57,477 nucleotides of DNA from assembly GCA_947259315.1 (NCBI GenBank), contig CAMYLR010000026.1, positions 1 to 57,477 of the forward strand. Direction: 5' to 3'. Positions 12,068-22,219 of this stretch are shown piece by piece. Each line of letters opens with the position of its first letter. The first letter of the stretch is position 1. The translations under genes and the position numbers were made by a program. A model generated the notes under the pieces. That model searched no databases and was not told the origin of the DNA. It saw only the letters and a program-made list of their open reading frames with translations. This DNA is from an uncultured Gemmatimonadales bacterium (GTDB lineage Bacteria > Gemmatimonadota > Gemmatimonadetes > JACCXV01 > JAHWKZ01).

Positions 12068-13267
12068 TTATTCTGCGCGAATCGCTTCGACGGGCTCGAG
12101 ACCGGCCGCGTTGCGGGCCGGCAACACGCCCGACACGAGTCCGATGACGATCGCCACGCCCTCGGCGACGAAAACAAACAACACCGGCGTGTGGACCGGG
12201 AGCGCGGGAACAAAGAAGTGCAATACACGCGAGATGCCGATCCCGATCAGCAGTCCGCCCAGTCCGCCCAGCGCGGCCAAAACCGTCGCCTCGCCGAGGA
12301 ACAGGCGAAGGATCTGGTCACGATCAGCACCGAGAGCGCGCAACAACCCGATCTCGCTTGTGCGCTCGTTGACGGCGATCGTCATGATCGTGAAGATCCC
12401 GACCGCGCCGACCAGTAGCGAGATGCCACCCAACGCGGCGACCGCAAAGGTCAACACGTTGAGCACTCTGCCAAGGACATCGAGCATCTGATCCTGTGTA
12501 CTGATGGTGACGTCTTCGCCACCGTGGCGGGCGACGAATAACCGCTCGATGCTGGCGACGAGCTCTTCCGTTGGAGCGTCTTCGTCGTACATGACATCGA
12601 TCTCGAGGAGGCCATCGCGCCTGAAGAGCTCGAGTCCGCGCGCGACCGGGATGTACACGGTATCGTCGAGGTCGAACCCAAGCATGTTCCCCTTCGATTC
12701 CATGACACCGATAACGATGTAACGGTCGCCACCGATCCGGATCCGTTCGCCGAGCGGGTTTTTGCTCCCGAAGAGCTCGTCCCGCATCTTGCTCCCGAGA
12801 ACGGCGAAGGCACGTGGAGCTCGGACGTCATCTTCCGGTAAGAACTCACCGATGGCGATGGGAAACTGAAAGGCGTCCGGGAAACCGGGTCCGGTGCCGT
12901 ACACCAGCGTCCGGCGTTGACGGTTAGCGCCTTCGACCGCCGCATTACCCCACACGAACGGGACCGCCTCCTGAACGTACGGCAGCCGAGTCAGCGCTTC
13001 GGCATCATCGAGCGACAGCGGGCGGACAGTGCCAAACACCCCGATCGAGGCGCCAAACGTGGTCGCCTTGCCGGGGTTGATAGCGATGATCGTCGTCCCG
13101 AATTGTGTGAACTCGTCGAGCACGAAGCGGTGGATGCCCTCGCCGATCGAGGTAAGCAGGACAACCGCCGATATGCCGATCGCGATCCCCAGTGCGGTGA
13201 GCAGGCTCCGCGCTCGGTGAGCCACGATCGATAGCGTCGTAAAGCGGAGGAAGTCGCGCCAACGCAC
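12068..13267 (-). CDS. MacB-type ABC permease
   Basis: RSLLTALGIAIG, ERTSEIGLLRALGA, PARNAAGLEPVEA. Confidence 0.93.
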   Translation of the reverse strand: MRWRDFLRFTTLSIVAHRARSLLTALGIAIGISAVVLLTSIGEGIHRFVLDEFTQFGTTIIAINPGKATTFGASIGVFGTVRPLSLDDAEALTRLPYVQEAVPFVWGNAAVEGANRQRRTLVYGTGPGFPDAFQFPIAIGEFLPEDDVRAPRAFAVLGSKMRDELFGSKNPLGERIRIGGDRYIVIGVMESKGNMLGFDLDDTVYIPVARGLELFRRDGLLEIDVMYDEDAPTEELVASIERLFVARHGGEDVTISTQDQMLDVLGRVLNVLTFAVAALGGISLLVGAVGIFTIMTIAVNERTSEIGLLRALGADRDQILRLFLGEATVLAALGGLGGLLIGIGISRVLHFFVPALPVHTPVLFVFVAEGVAIVIGLVSGVLPARNAAGLEPVEAIRAE

Positions 13268-13270
13268 GGA

Positions 13271-14479
13271 CTACCGGCCGGCCAACGCTTCGACCGGATC
13301 GAGAGCCGCCGCCCGGCGGGCCGGCAGGATCCCAAACACGACTCCGCTGGTCACGGCGATCGCCACCGCGGCGATCGGGGCCCATGCGGGGGGCCCCAGC
13401 GGGAGAACAGGATACAGCCGGCCGATCATCCAACTCCCCCCCTGGCCGACGAGAAGCCCAGCCATGGCCCCGATAAACGACAGCATGATCGCCTCGGCCA
13501 GGAACAGCGTCATGATCTGCCGCCGCGCCGCACCAAGCGCCTTGAGCAGCCCGATCTCCGCCGTTCGCTGGCTTACCGCGACTAGCATCACGTTCATGAT
13601 CAAGATGCCCGCGACCGCCAGGCTGATCGCCGCGATCCCGGCTAGCGCCAGCGTCAAGGCGCCAAAGATCCGATCGAACGTCGCCAATACGGCGTCCTGG
13701 GTCACCGCCGTGATGTCTTCCTCGCCCTGATGGCGTTCGGTGATCACCCGGCGGATCTCGTCGCGAGCCCGCTCCATATCCTCCCGGCTGTGTGTGGAGG
13801 TGATGATCCGAAACAACGATTCGGTGTTGAACAACTGCTGAGCCGAGGCGACAGGGATGATCGCGACGTCTTGGACGTCGATACCGATCGTTCGCCCCTC
13901 GGTGGCCAAGAGCCCGATCACGCGGAACCGACGGTCGCCGATCCTGATCCACTCGCCGATCGCTGGCGTATCCCCAAACAGCTCGGCCTTGAGCTTCATG
14001 CCGAGGACCGCCACGCTGGACGGCCGCTCGGGGTCGCCCGGGGGCAAGAATTGCCCACGCTCCATCGACCAGTTGCGGATCTCGAGAAACGAAGCGGTCG
14101 AGCCGAACACCGGCACCTCGCGTTCGAGGCCGCCCCACTGGACGCTGGCCGCGCCCAGCACGACTGGAGCGACCTTGTCGATGGCGGAGATTCGCTCCAG
14201 CGCGATCGCATCCCGTACCGTTAGGTCGCGGGGAGTCTGACCGGCCAGCAGCGTCAAGCCGCTGCCGCTCGTCTCACTGCGACCGGGGAGCACGATGATG
14301 AGGTTGGTGCCGAGCGAGGAGAACTCGGCAGTGACGTACCGTCGGGCGGCCTCACCAAGCGAGGTCAACATGACGACCGCCGCGACGCCGATAGCGGTGG
14401 CGAGTAGAAGCATCACCGTCCGGAGTCGTGTCCGGATCAGCGTCCCCCACGACAAACGGACCACGTCCCGCACCCTCAC
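13271..14479 (-). CDS. MacB-type ABC permease
   Basis: QRTAEIGLLKALGA, PARRAAALDPVEAL. Confidence 0.93.
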   Translation of the reverse strand: MRVRDVVRLSWGTLIRTRLRTVMLLLATAIGVAAVVMLTSLGEAARRYVTAEFSSLGTNLIIVLPGRSETSGSGLTLLAGQTPRDLTVRDAIALERISAIDKVAPVVLGAASVQWGGLEREVPVFGSTASFLEIRNWSMERGQFLPPGDPERPSSVAVLGMKLKAELFGDTPAIGEWIRIGDRRFRVIGLLATEGRTIGIDVQDVAIIPVASAQQLFNTESLFRIITSTHSREDMERARDEIRRVITERHQGEEDITAVTQDAVLATFDRIFGALTLALAGIAAISLAVAGILIMNVMLVAVSQRTAEIGLLKALGAARRQIMTLFLAEAIMLSFIGAMAGLLVGQGGSWMIGRLYPVLPLGPPAWAPIAAVAIAVTSGVVFGILPARRAAALDPVEALAGR

Positions 14480-15156
14480 GCCCGCCTCCGCACGTCCTCG
14501 ACGAGCCGCCCATCCATCATCGTCAACGATCGCTCCGCCCGTCCTCCGATCTGCGGGTCGTGGGTCACCACGATGACCGCCATCCCGGCGGTATGTAGCG
14601 CCTCGATGATCTGGACGACTTCCTTGCCGGTGGTGGTATCGAGGTTGCCGGTCGGCTCGTCGGCCAGCAGCACGCCGGGTCGCATCACGGTCGCGCGGGC
14701 GATCGCCACGCGTTGGCGCTCGCCACCCGACAGTTGGTCGGGGCGGTGGTGGGCGCGCTCGTTCAGCCCCATCTGGTCGATGGCGGTCTCGACCATCGGC
14801 CGGCGATCGACAGGTGCGCGGCCAGCCAGGACCAAGGGCAACTCGACGTTCTCGGCTGCAGTCAGCCGAGGTACGAGATGAAAGAACTGAAACACGAAGC
14901 CGATGTTCTCGCTGCGAGCACGAGCCTGCTCGTCGTCCGATAGCGTAGTGGTGTCACGACCGTTCAATCGGTACGTGCCTGCGGTCGGCCGGTCGAGCAA
15001 GCCGATGATGTTGAGCAACGTCGACTTACCCGATCCCGACGGCCCCATGAGCGATACGTACTCACCAGCCGCGATGGTCAGGTCGACACCGTCCAGCGCG
15101 TGAACTTCCTGGTCTCCCACTTGGAAGACGCGATGAACTTGTGCGAGCTCGATCAT
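14476..15156 (-). CDS. ABC transporter ATP-binding protein
   Basis: [27 protein letters not shown]. Confidence 0.95.
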   Translation of the reverse strand: MIELAQVHRVFQVGDQEVHALDGVDLTIAAGEYVSLMGPSGSGKSTLLNIIGLLDRPTAGTYRLNGRDTTTLSDDEQARARSENIGFVFQFFHLVPRLTAAENVELPLVLAGRAPVDRRPMVETAIDQMGLNERAHHRPDQLSGGERQRVAIARATVMRPGVLLADEPTGNLDTTTGKEVVQIIEALHTAGMAVIVVTHDPQIGGRAERSLTMMDGRLVEDVRRRA

Positions 15157-15163
15157 GTGGTCG

Positions 15164-16294
15164 TTACTCCGCCTCGGCCCGGGCTCCCGGCTCCACTCCG
15201 TCGCGGTCGACCGATACGATTACGACCTCGCCCTCCTCGAGCCCCGACACGACTTCGGTGTGCTGCCAGTTCGAGACCCCGATCTCGATCGTGCGCTCTT
15301 CGATTGTGTCATCGACGAGGATCAGGACGTGATCACCTTCGAGCACTGTCTGGCTTGGGATGCGCAACACTTCTTCGCGATTCGCCAGAATGACCTCGAC
15401 ATCGGCGCTGTAACCCGGCAAGAGGGCGGCGAGCGCCTCGGGGTCGTCTATCTCGGCCTCGATGTCCACCGTTCGGGCCTGTCTTTCGATGTCCAGCACG
15501 TAAGGCGCGACGCGGCGCACGGTGGCGGGGAAAGTGCGATCGGGGAAGGCGTCCATGCTGACCCGCGCTGGCATTCCGGCACGGATGGCGGGCGCATCGA
15601 CTTCATCGATCGGCGCCTTGATGAACAGACAGGAGTTGTCGATCAGGTCGACCGCCGGCGGGGTCGGGATACCGACCGGCGATGGCGTGAGAAACTCGCC
15701 CAGCTCGCCGTTGATCTCGGCCACGGTGCCGTCGAACGGCGCTCGCAGGACAGTGCGCTCGAGGGTTGCGCGGGCGACCGCGACGCGGGCGTCGGCGGCC
15801 TGGACGGTGTTGCGGGTCGCCTCGCAAGCGGCTGCGGTCGCGGTGGCCTCGCCAGTCGCGAGATCGAACTCGTCTTCTGATGCGGCATCGCGTTCTCTAA
15901 GCTGCGCCACACGCTCGGCACGCTTTGTCGCCACATCGGCCCGCGCGCACGCCTCCGCGGTCAGGCTGCGCGCAGCGTCCGCATCGCGCTCAGCCAAGCG
16001 AACATCGGCAGCCAGGTCTTCGTTCCACAACTCGAGCAAGATCTGGCCCGCCTCGACGTCATCGCCCTCGTGAACCGGGAGACGTGCGATCTGACCCCCC
16101 ACCTGCGGCGCCAGGCCAGCGCGTCGACAAGCGTCGACGGTGCCCGCGCGGGTGTTGGCGACCGTCTCCTCGACCAATCCGATCTCGACCGAGGCCACGG
16201 TCACGCTGACCGGATCGGGTCGGGTCGCACACCACCCCACCACGATGAGCACCGCGATGATGACGACTGCGATGGTGATTCGCTTTCTCGTCAT
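15164..16294 (-). CDS. Efflux periplasmic adaptor (MacA-like membrane fusion protein)
   Basis: N-terminal TM, lipoyl half-motifs GQIARLPVHEGDDVEAGQ and LRAPFDGTV; AAGGGAG RBS before ATG 16294. Confidence 0.92.
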   Translation of the reverse strand: MTRKRITIAVVIIAVLIVVGWCATRPDPVSVTVASVEIGLVEETVANTRAGTVDACRRAGLAPQVGGQIARLPVHEGDDVEAGQILLELWNEDLAADVRLAERDADAARSLTAEACARADVATKRAERVAQLRERDAASEDEFDLATGEATATAAACEATRNTVQAADARVAVARATLERTVLRAPFDGTVAEINGELGEFLTPSPVGIPTPPAVDLIDNSCLFIKAPIDEVDAPAIRAGMPARVSMDAFPDRTFPATVRRVAPYVLDIERQARTVDIEAEIDDPEALAALLPGYSADVEVILANREEVLRIPSQTVLEGDHVLILVDDTIEERTIEIGVSNWQHTEVVSGLEEGEVVIVSVDRDGVEPGARAEAE

Positions 16295-16404
16295 GGCTCC
16301 CTTTCTATTAGACGATTTCCGACCCGTCGCCTTCAAATGTGGTAGCCAGCGTCAATGTAACCCCCATTTGACGGTCCACCGACCGCGAGCTAGGGTGGGC
16401 AGCG

Positions 16405-17361
16405 ATGCGACGCTTGAAATCGATCTGCTCGGTTGCTCTGCTGTGTGTCGGACCGGCCTGCGGCGGCGCGGAGACCGAGCCCGAGACGACCACCGGCACG
16501 CCAGAAGCGGCTGAGGTTTCATCTATCGACGATCGAGGATACGCCCCCTCCGCCCGACTCGTGACGACCGAATGGGTCCAAGCGCACCTCGAAGATCCGA
16601 CCGTGCTGTTGATCGATCTTCGGTCACGGGAGGAGTACGATGCGGGGCACATTCCAGGTGCTGTACACCTGCCGGCCAAGGAGACGTTCCAGGCCGATGA
16701 TCCGCGTGGTGTTCCCGGTATGCTTCCGGGGGACGCGCACATCGCTCGAGCGCTGGGCGCGATTGGCGCCACGCCCGAAACGACGCTGGTGCTCTATGAC
16801 GACGAGAAGAGTCGCTGGTCGGCGCGGGCGATCTGGGTGTTATCGGTCTACAAGCACGCCGATGCTCGATTGATGGATGGAGCCTGGAAGCTGTGGAAGG
16901 TCGAGGGACGACCAGTGACCGACAACGTTCCTACGAAGAGTCCCACGGATTACGCGTTCAGCGGTCCACCCGACACATCGATCGTGGCCACGTGGAGTGA
17001 CGTGGTGGCATCGATTGACGACCCGGCAACGGTCGTCTGCGACGCTCGCTCAGCGGCTGAATACGAGGGTCAGAGCGTTCGCGCCGCACGCAGCGGTCAT
17101 GTTCCGGGGAGCGTCCTTGTGGAGTGGAGTCAAGCTGTGGGCGAAACGGGTGCGTTTTTGCCGGCAGACGATCTTCGCGCGCTCTACGAGACAGCCGGTG
17201 TGACGTCCGACCAGGTCACACTTGCGCTCTGTCAGAGCGGTGTTCGAGCAGCTCACACCTGGTTTGTGCTCAATGACCTGCTGGGCTACGAAAACGTGCG
17301 CGTGTACGACGGTTCGTGGGTCGAGTACGGAAACCGCGAGGACTCCCCGATCGCCAACTAG
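16405..17361 (+). CDS. Tandem-domain rhodanese/sulfurtransferase with probable lipoprotein signal
   Basis: GHIPGA, CQSGVRA active site, VYDGSWVEY; N-terminal signal ending VGPAC. Confidence 0.9.
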   Translation: MRRLKSICSVALLCVGPACGGAETEPETTTGTPEAAEVSSIDDRGYAPSARLVTTEWVQAHLEDPTVLLIDLRSREEYDAGHIPGAVHLPAKETFQADDPRGVPGMLPGDAHIARALGAIGATPETTLVLYDDEKSRWSARAIWVLSVYKHADARLMDGAWKLWKVEGRPVTDNVPTKSPTDYAFSGPPDTSIVATWSDVVASIDDPATVVCDARSAAEYEGQSVRAARSGHVPGSVLVEWSQAVGETGAFLPADDLRALYETAGVTSDQVTLALCQSGVRAAHTWFVLNDLLGYENVRVYDGSWVEYGNREDSPIAN

Positions 17362-17370
17362 TCGCTCGCG

Positions 17371-18660
17371 TTAGCCGCTGGGTGGTGGCGTTGCCGCGAG
17401 CACGCCGGCGACGATCAGAATCAGAATCATGAGAACCGTTTCCCATGCGACGCTGCGGGTCAGAGGCCCGGGCTTCGAGTCGAGATCGAGCCTGGGGAGT
17501 AATCGGTTTCGATTGAGAGCACCGAACAACACCAGCCCGATCAACCCCACCGTTTTCGCGGTGAGCAACGCCCCGTAACGCGTCCCCAGGAGATTGATCG
17601 GTGATCCAGCGATCAAAACGGACTGCGCAAAACCGGTCACGACGATCGCCGCCACGGCCCAAAGAGCCAATCTTGACGTTTGGTGGGCAGCGTGCTGAAA
17701 TCCGGTCACCTGTAGGCCACAAGCGGCGAGTGTGATCAGCCCGCCTAGCCAGAGAGCTATAGCGATCAGGTGAATCGCCTTGATCGGGATCGAAACCACG
17801 GGGTAGAACTCGACCGCGTGCCCGAGGGCGCCACCGATTGCGACCGCGACGATCGCCAGACCAGCCGCCAGCACCGTTTGTCGAAGAACTACGAGTGCCA
17901 CCCCGGCCACGATCGCGAGCGCCAGACGGAGCGCCAGGATTCGACCCGCGGTGGTACCGAGGGTCGCGGTGATCGTCGTGGTGTCGATCTTGCCCAACGG
18001 GGCGATCGACTGGACCCACGCGACGGCATGTGCGAAGAGTAGGAGCGGTGCCACCAACACCAACACCCCAGCCACCCGGCGAGTCCTCCCCGGATCATGC
18101 GCGCCAAGCAAGGTCATGTGTGTGAGCAGGCCCGCGAGGGCGAGTAACACACCTAGCGCCACGCCATTCAGCAGCCCGATCCCCACAGCGCTGCCGTTGG
18201 AAGATGGTGGTGAGGTCTCCTTTCGAGGCGCGATGCCAGCTGCAGTTGGTGTATCGATCGACACCTCTTCGCGCGCGACTGCAAAGGTCAACCGACCTTC
18301 GACCTTGTGGCCGTCAGCCGACACCGTGCTCCACTCGATGGTGTAGTTCCCGTTGGCGAGCCCAGGGAGTCGCGCGACTAGGATCCGACCCTCGTCTTCA
18401 CTTCCGGGATCGAATTCGAGTTGTGTGCCATCAGCTGTGACCAACCGAATCAAGCTCAGTGCTGGTTCGACCGGACCGCTGAAGACGAGCCGCACTTCCG
18501 GTGGGCTGGTGGTAAGCGAGTCGCCGTCCACCGGGTTGGATGAGATCAGCTCCGTATGGAGGGCGATGTTCGATCGGCCGTCGACCGACTCGGGAGCGGT
18601 GATCGATACCGCGACGGCGGCCAGGATGATCGCTGCCGTGCACTTGGCTCGTCCGGGCAT
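17371..18660 (-). CDS. CopC-CopD fusion copper resistance/uptake protein
   Basis: HTELISSNP, WSTVSADGH (CopC); ALGHA, IHLIAIALWLGGL, YGALLTAK (CopD). Confidence 0.9.
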   Translation of the reverse strand: MPGRAKCTAAIILAAVAVSITAPESVDGRSNIALHTELISSNPVDGDSLTTSPPEVRLVFSGPVEPALSLIRLVTADGTQLEFDPGSEDEGRILVARLPGLANGNYTIEWSTVSADGHKVEGRLTFAVAREEVSIDTPTAAGIAPRKETSPPSSNGSAVGIGLLNGVALGVLLALAGLLTHMTLLGAHDPGRTRRVAGVLVLVAPLLLFAHAVAWVQSIAPLGKIDTTTITATLGTTAGRILALRLALAIVAGVALVVLRQTVLAAGLAIVAVAIGGALGHAVEFYPVVSIPIKAIHLIAIALWLGGLITLAACGLQVTGFQHAAHQTSRLALWAVAAIVVTGFAQSVLIAGSPINLLGTRYGALLTAKTVGLIGLVLFGALNRNRLLPRLDLDSKPGPLTRSVAWETVLMILILIVAGVLAATPPPSG

Positions 18661-18752
18661 AGACCCTCTAACATGCTGGACTCAAGGATCGAAAAGGCGA
18701 CAACTTACCTTTCAATCCCTTGTTCCCGCGATGATGGAGGATTCTGAGACGG

Positions 18753-21044
18753 ATGAGGCGCAAAGACAGTCTCGCAGTCGGGTGCCTGCTGCTCCTTGTG
18801 GGGCTGACTTTTGCACCCTGGTGGGCCGGCGACCGTGTCTTCGCGCCGATGGATATCCTGCACGAGATGTACGAGCCCTGGGCCGAGGGCGATCAAGATG
18901 TCGAGGTTCACAACCACTTCACGTCGGATGCCATACGGGGCTTCCTCATACCTCGACAAGTCGCGGCGCGATCTTTCAGAGAAGACGGTTTTATCGGGTG
19001 GGACGATCTCGTTCACGGCGGTTATCCGGTCTACGCGGATACCATGTCGACGTTTGGTGATTGGACCGTCCAGCTCCACCGCTTTCTGGCTTTTTGGACC
19101 GCTTGGCACGTTGGTCTTGCTGCACAATTCCTCATCGCTGGTTTTGGCATGTTCGTTTTCTTGCGCTCGAGGAGAATCGGCCCTGCGATCGCCCTCGTTG
19201 GCGCGATCGCCTTTGCTGCAAATAGCCAGTTTGTTCTTTGGATCTATCATCGATTCCAGTTAGGTGGGTTCTGCTGGGCTCCTTGGATGCTCTGGGCGAT
19301 GTACGCCTACCGAGAGGGGAAGCGATGGGCATGGCCACTCGTTCCGTGCTTCACGGTCCTGGCGCTCCTCGGCGGGACGCTCCAAACCAACGTGTATGTT
19401 GTGCTTCTGCTTGGAGCCGTGTGGGTCGGTTGGGCGTGGGAGTTGAGGCGCGCCCGCGGACAGCTCTTGGAGGCCAGTTGGAGTTTAGGGTTGTGGGCGG
19501 TTTTTGGCTTGGGTTTAGCTGCGTTTCAAATCCTCCCCACCACCGCCGGGCTCTTTGAGAACACGGATACTGGTGCGAGCTCGCTCGGCTACAGAGAGGG
19601 TGTTTTCGAGCCGTTTCTCTCCGGAATTTTCTTCATCGGTCAAGTTTTTCCGTCCTTGTTCGGAAGCCCCCAATCGATTGATCTAAGCAAGGTGTTGGGT
19701 CGCGATCTCTTTGACATCGCCTTCTTTGGTTTCCTGCTGATGATCGTGGCGATCCGATCGTTATTCCTCAGGGAAGCACCGCCCGGGGCCCGATCCCTTA
19801 TTCTGTTTGGCGCGCTGATCCCGCTGACACCGTTGGTTGGCCCCCTCTATCATCGGGTCCAGTTGCTCTTTGTCATTGGCGGCATCTGGGCGTTCGCCTG
19901 GTACTGGGAGAACTATCGCGATGATCGGGAAGAGACGATCTATCGTTGGTTGTCATGGACGCTCGCCATTCTCGCGGGTGTTTGGCTTCTTCTGAGCATT
20001 GCGAGTTGGCTGTGGGAAGAGCAGCTCGTGGTCTTTGCTCAAAACGAACTGCTCATGCGAATAGCCCAAGGACAAGGGCAGTTCAGGGTATTTGAAGATT
20101 GGATGCTTCAGAGAGCTGAGCGCCTCCCCGGCGATCTGCGAGTTTGGCGCCCGGGACAGTACATCCCGCTCATGGCTGCATTTGCCGGTCTGTTTGCGAT
20201 CCGTCTGCGATTCGGTCGCCTTGCGCGCTATGCCGTTCCGATGGTCATAGCGGCAGTCATCGCCGAGTTGGCAGTCTTTGGGGTGAAATGGGTCAGCGTT
20301 TCCGATTTGAACGAGTATCCCTCCTATGAGGAGACCGCGGACATCTCAACGCTGCGTCGGTTGGTGGGGCCCGGGAGGGTGTATGTCTCCGAGCCTCCCG
20401 GTCGGCCAAGTCTGCTTCCTCTGTACACGTTGTCCATGTACGGCGTAGCGACGATCCAGCAGCGCGGAATTGTGCCGCCCACGATGTGGTGGAAGACAGG
20501 GTTCGATACCGATGCACGAACTCTGGGTCGGCTGGCGGTGACGCACGCCGTCACGTATGCCGACGCCCAGGTCGAGGGGGAGGGTTGGACACTCCAGCAC
20601 CGTGGCGATCATCTGAGCATCTGGGAGAATCGGCTTGCGATCCCGAAGTACTTGCCGCTCAGGGTCGGGGATGACGTCTGGAGCGACGGGTTCGGGCCAT
20701 CGCTGCCAACGGCGCGCACGGTTATGGCGACGCCAAACCGGCGCCTAGTAGAAGTGCCAGCCGGCACAGACGTGTTGAGAGTTGCCGAGAACTGGTCGGA
20801 AGGCTGGCAGTATCGAGTTGGCAATGGGGATTGGCGTTCCGTCGAGCGCGCCTCCGATCTGGGCATGATCATCGATCCGGGCGATCGGCTGACATCGAGT
20901 GCCGAGATTGAAATGCGATATCGATCCCAGCGGCGCATCGTTGGGTGGTGGTTATCGCTGGCGACACTAGCCGCCTTTCTGCTGTTCATCGGTCTCTTGT
21001 ACTCGGGACTTCTTCCTTCGCGGATTGTGCGAGTGGCTCAGTAA
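18753..21044 (+). CDS. YfhO-like polytopic membrane protein (putative GT-C glycosyltransferase)
   Basis: Many TM helices, W...GGYPVYAD loop, AENWSEGW motif and C-terminal TM. Confidence 0.7.
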   Translation: MRRKDSLAVGCLLLLVGLTFAPWWAGDRVFAPMDILHEMYEPWAEGDQDVEVHNHFTSDAIRGFLIPRQVAARSFREDGFIGWDDLVHGGYPVYADTMSTFGDWTVQLHRFLAFWTAWHVGLAAQFLIAGFGMFVFLRSRRIGPAIALVGAIAFAANSQFVLWIYHRFQLGGFCWAPWMLWAMYAYREGKRWAWPLVPCFTVLALLGGTLQTNVYVVLLLGAVWVGWAWELRRARGQLLEASWSLGLWAVFGLGLAAFQILPTTAGLFENTDTGASSLGYREGVFEPFLSGIFFIGQVFPSLFGSPQSIDLSKVLGRDLFDIAFFGFLLMIVAIRSLFLREAPPGARSLILFGALIPLTPLVGPLYHRVQLLFVIGGIWAFAWYWENYRDDREETIYRWLSWTLAILAGVWLLLSIASWLWEEQLVVFAQNELLMRIAQGQGQFRVFEDWMLQRAERLPGDLRVWRPGQYIPLMAAFAGLFAIRLRFGRLARYAVPMVIAAVIAELAVFGVKWVSVSDLNEYPSYEETADISTLRRLVGPGRVYVSEPPGRPSLLPLYTLSMYGVATIQQRGIVPPTMWWKTGFDTDARTLGRLAVTHAVTYADAQVEGEGWTLQHRGDHLSIWENRLAIPKYLPLRVGDDVWSDGFGPSLPTARTVMATPNRRLVEVPAGTDVLRVAENWSEGWQYRVGNGDWRSVERASDLGMIIDPGDRLTSSAEIEMRYRSQRRIVGWWLSLATLAAFLLFIGLLYSGLLPSRIVRVAQ

Positions 21045-21122
21045 CCCCGTTCACCCCTATCGATTGAATTGGCCCCGAATTTGCTCGGAGTGACGTACTG
21101 ACCAGCCGGGAAAGGGGGTAGT

Positions 21123-21614
21123 GTGACCAGCGATCCGGAGCAAGAAGTGGAATTGGCAGCGCTGCGCTGTCCCAACTGTGGCGGCGCAATCGAGAGCGGC
21201 TTTCTGTTGGGTCAGCACAGTCGCCTGCGTTGGTCTGCCGAAAACCCCGGCATCACGATCCTGCAGGGAGTCCCGCTGGCCGTCAGGCCGAAGCGCTTCT
21301 GGCTGTCGAAGGAGTTCCTGTTTCGCTCGCCCAACCTCCCAGCGGCGCGCTGCCCGAACTGCAAGATCGGCCTGTTTGCCTACACCAACGACGCGGCCGA
21401 GGTACCTGGGCGAGACACGTTCGTCGTGCACGCGCTTTTCGGGGTGTTGCTGACCTCGCTCGGGGCGTTCGCCCTCTCCGTACGCCAGCTTCTGATTCGC
21501 GGTGGAGACGCTGAGCCATCCTCGGTGCTGCTGTTCGTAGGCTTGGGGCTGATGCTCGCCGGCGTCGTCTTGGCGGTGCGCGGGATGCGCCGGAAACGCG
21601 GGCCGCTGGGCTAG
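21123..21614 (+). CDS. Zinc-ribbon protein (PF20097-like) with two C-terminal TM helices
   Basis: CPNCGGAIESG ... AARCPNCK. Confidence 0.65.
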   Translation: MTSDPEQEVELAALRCPNCGGAIESGFLLGQHSRLRWSAENPGITILQGVPLAVRPKRFWLSKEFLFRSPNLPAARCPNCKIGLFAYTNDAAEVPGRDTFVVHALFGVLLTSLGAFALSVRQLLIRGGDAEPSSVLLFVGLGLMLAGVVLAVRGMRRKRGPLG

Positions 21615-21760
21615 GCGCGCGGTCGTGGCCGGTGCCGCCGAACCGACACGTATCAATCGGTCGGGAACAAACCTCTCCATCACCTGTAGTATCGAATTAC
21701 CGCTCGAGTCAGTGACTCCCGGACGCCCGGGGGGCGGACCCCGATTTCTAGGAGGGATCG

Positions 21761-22078
21761 ATGATCTACAAGGATGAATACCGGCTCACCGTCGGACAGC
21801 GACTCCAGGGCATCCGCGGGGCCCGGGATCAGCGAACGTTCGCTGACGCGGTCGACTCGGTGCAACAGACGATCAGCAAGTATGAGCGCGGCGAGATCCC
21901 CCGCTCGTGGCTCTTTCTGGCCCGGCTCGGGGCTCAGGAAGGGGTCGACTTGAACGAGCTCCTGGCCGGTTTTTCGGTTGGGGAAGAGAGTGGGCAAGAA
22001 AGTGGCGGGAATGGTCACGTCGCCGAGGCACCGACCGAGGCGATCGGCAGACCCCTCTCAGCCGCGTTGAGCCGCTAA
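21761..22078 (+). CDS. XRE-family helix-turn-helix regulator
   Basis: VGQRLQGIR..QRTFA..QQTISKYERGE; AGGAGG RBS. Confidence 0.85.
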   Translation: MIYKDEYRLTVGQRLQGIRGARDQRTFADAVDSVQQTISKYERGEIPRSWLFLARLGAQEGVDLNELLAGFSVGEESGQESGGNGHVAEAPTEAIGRPLSAALSR

Positions 22079-22101
22079 ATAAAGCATACCCACTGACCCC
22101 G

Positions 22102-22144
22102 AGGGGTCCTGGACAGTTTCCGACGGAAGCTGACCGGGGCCCTT
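22102..22144 (+). terminator. Long RNA hairpin after the XRE gene (terminator-like)
   Basis: 20-bp stem with four G-U pairs, one mismatch, 3-nt loop; weak U-tail. Confidence 0.5.
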
Positions 22145-22219
22145 CCTCGTTTGGGCTTCCACTCTCGCGCCGCTCGGCGCTGCTTGACGAATGACGCCAT
22201 TTGGCAGAAACTGACCACC

